A DNA stretch of 64,000 bases. Origin: Alphaproteobacteria bacterium. GTDB lineage: Bacteria; Pseudomonadota; Alphaproteobacteria; UBA828. The stretch lies in assembly GCA_963667785.2 (NCBI GenBank), contig CAXXMU010000006.1:1141779-1205778 (forward strand), written 5' to 3'. Below, piece by piece: positions 62,923 through 64,000 of the stretch. The translations under genes and the position numbers were made by a program. Under the pieces are notes generated by a model. That model was not told where the DNA came from. It saw only the letters and a program-made list of their open reading frames with translations, and made no database searches. Each line of letters starts with the position of its first letter. Positions within the stretch are counted from its first letter, which is position 1.

Positions 62923-63462
62923 GCCGCCGCCTCCACGCTGTCGTCGAGCAGGGCGTCGACGAGCTTGTCGACGTCGCTCTCGGCCGCGGCGATCACCACC
63001 TCGTCGGTGGGGTCGCCGATGGTGACGCCGATCCGCGCCAGGTCGGCGGCCGGCAGCTTGCGGAGGGCCTTCCGGTCGAGAGTCTCCCTGGTGGCGATCA
63101 GCGTGTCCGCCAGCGCCGGCAGCCGCTTCCGCAGCAGCTCGATCGCCCGCGCCTCGTCGCTCACGGCAAGCGCGCCGACCTGCTTGCGGAGCCCGACCTT
63201 CACGCCGTCGACCGCGACCGTGCGCGGCTTCACGAACAGGTCGGGGCTGGACTTGATCGCCGTCCTCAGCGCGTCATCGGCCGCCGCGACCTCGGCCACG
63301 CGGCTCCGCAGCCCGCGCAGGCGGTCGCGAGCCGCCCGGCGCTGCAACTGCCTGATCTCCTCCCCGGCGGCCTCCAGGGCGTCGCGGGCGCGCGCGTAGG
63401 AGCGGGCGAGCGCAAACGATCTCGTCCATGCTCGGCCGCTCCAGCGTGACGGTTTCGGTCAT
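62919..63462 (-). pseudogene. gam: Mu Gam-like host-nuclease inhibitor, frameshifted near 63415
   Basis: PDLFVKPRTVAVDGVKVGLRK and ETLDRKAL motifs; deleting one T restores MDEIVALARSYARARD. Confidence 0.7.
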
Positions 63463-63560
63463 CGGTTCCCTCCTCTCGGCGGTCCGGCGCGGCGCGAACC
63501 ACGCGCAGCGCCACCAGATGAACTGCTGACGCAGCACCCAGAGCGCTCCCCGCCGGCGCC

Positions 63561-64000
63561 TCACAGGGCCGCCTCCAGGCGCTCGAGTGCCTGCTGCTGC
63601 CGCGCCAGCCTCCCGTGGTGCACGTCCAGCAGCACCGAAAACAGGAGCTGCCGACGCGCCGCCCGATCGTCGGCGTAGAGACGAGGCTCGCTCCGTACCT
63701 GCGCCGCCGGTGCGGCGATCTCGGCCGCGAGCGTCTCGATCCGCGCCGCCTCGTCCGCATCCACGTGCAGCCGGGCGGCGACGCGCTCGACGGCGTACAT
63801 CACGGTCGTGTGATCGCGGTTGCCGAAGTGGCGCCCGACGGCGGGATACGAGAGCGGCGTGAGCAGGCGGCAGAGATACATCGCCACGTGACGGCCCCAG
63901 ACGACCTCCCGCGAGCGGCGCTGGGAGATCAGGTCGGTCATGCTGAGCCCGTAGGCCCGCGCGACCTCCCGCTGGATTCTGGCGAGCGACGGCGTGCTCA
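63561..64000 (-). CDS. DnaA C-terminal (domain IV) HTH protein, start at window edge
   Basis: RHVAMYLCR...SYPAVGRHFGNRDHTTVMYA. Confidence 0.8.
   Translation of the reverse strand, partial: STPSLARIQREVARAYGLSMTDLISQRRSREVVWGRHVAMYLCRLLTPLSYPAVGRHFGNRDHTTVMYAVERVAARLHVDADEAARIETLAAEIAAPAAQVRSEPRLYADDRAARRQLLFSVLLDVHHGRLARQQQALERLEAAL

Larger units (their letters stand above)
52620..64000 (-). mobile_element. Mu/P2-like prophage segment (early genes + contractile tail), runs off the window
   Basis: gam, gemA, DUF1643, sheath, tube, GpE, TMP, GpU, GpX and GpD. Confidence 0.85.

Overview
High-GC bacterial DNA, probably alphaproteobacterial (inferred from the porin and TbpB-like lipoproteins). 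1-8.7 kb holds host-type envelope genes: two TbpB-like lipoproteins, a MaoC dehydratase, DUF2806, a Cache-domain autotransporter and a porin with a truncated duplicate. About 8.7-51.2 kb is a rearranged siphovirus-like prophage with minus-strand structural modules (lysis, tRNA-Met-like gene, head, terminase, tail). Nine of these modules or genes are preceded by a shared motif, TTGACAAGGATTCCG. A divergent plus-strand early/accessory cluster (23.8-29.2 kb) encodes a sliding clamp, LPD29, DUF3560 and an HTH protein. Its intergenic regions contain four type II hammerhead ribozyme folds and about 18 copies of a CAAGGGAC/CAGGGGAC motif; this is the strongest finding. Next to it, a three-gene modification operon (GT-B-like, QueC-like, GT8+2OG-Fe(II) fusion) follows a tail protein with a long Ser/Thr/Arg heptad-repeat insert, which suggests virion glycosylation. 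At 43.4-47.3 kb a transposase-less cassette carries a dCTP deaminase gene that is interrupted by an IS1595 element bearing a BglII-like restriction-modification pair. From 52.6 kb to the window end lies a second, Mu/P2-like element whose early genes (gam, gemA) abut a contractile tail module. All family assignments are by motif recognition only; no database search was run.
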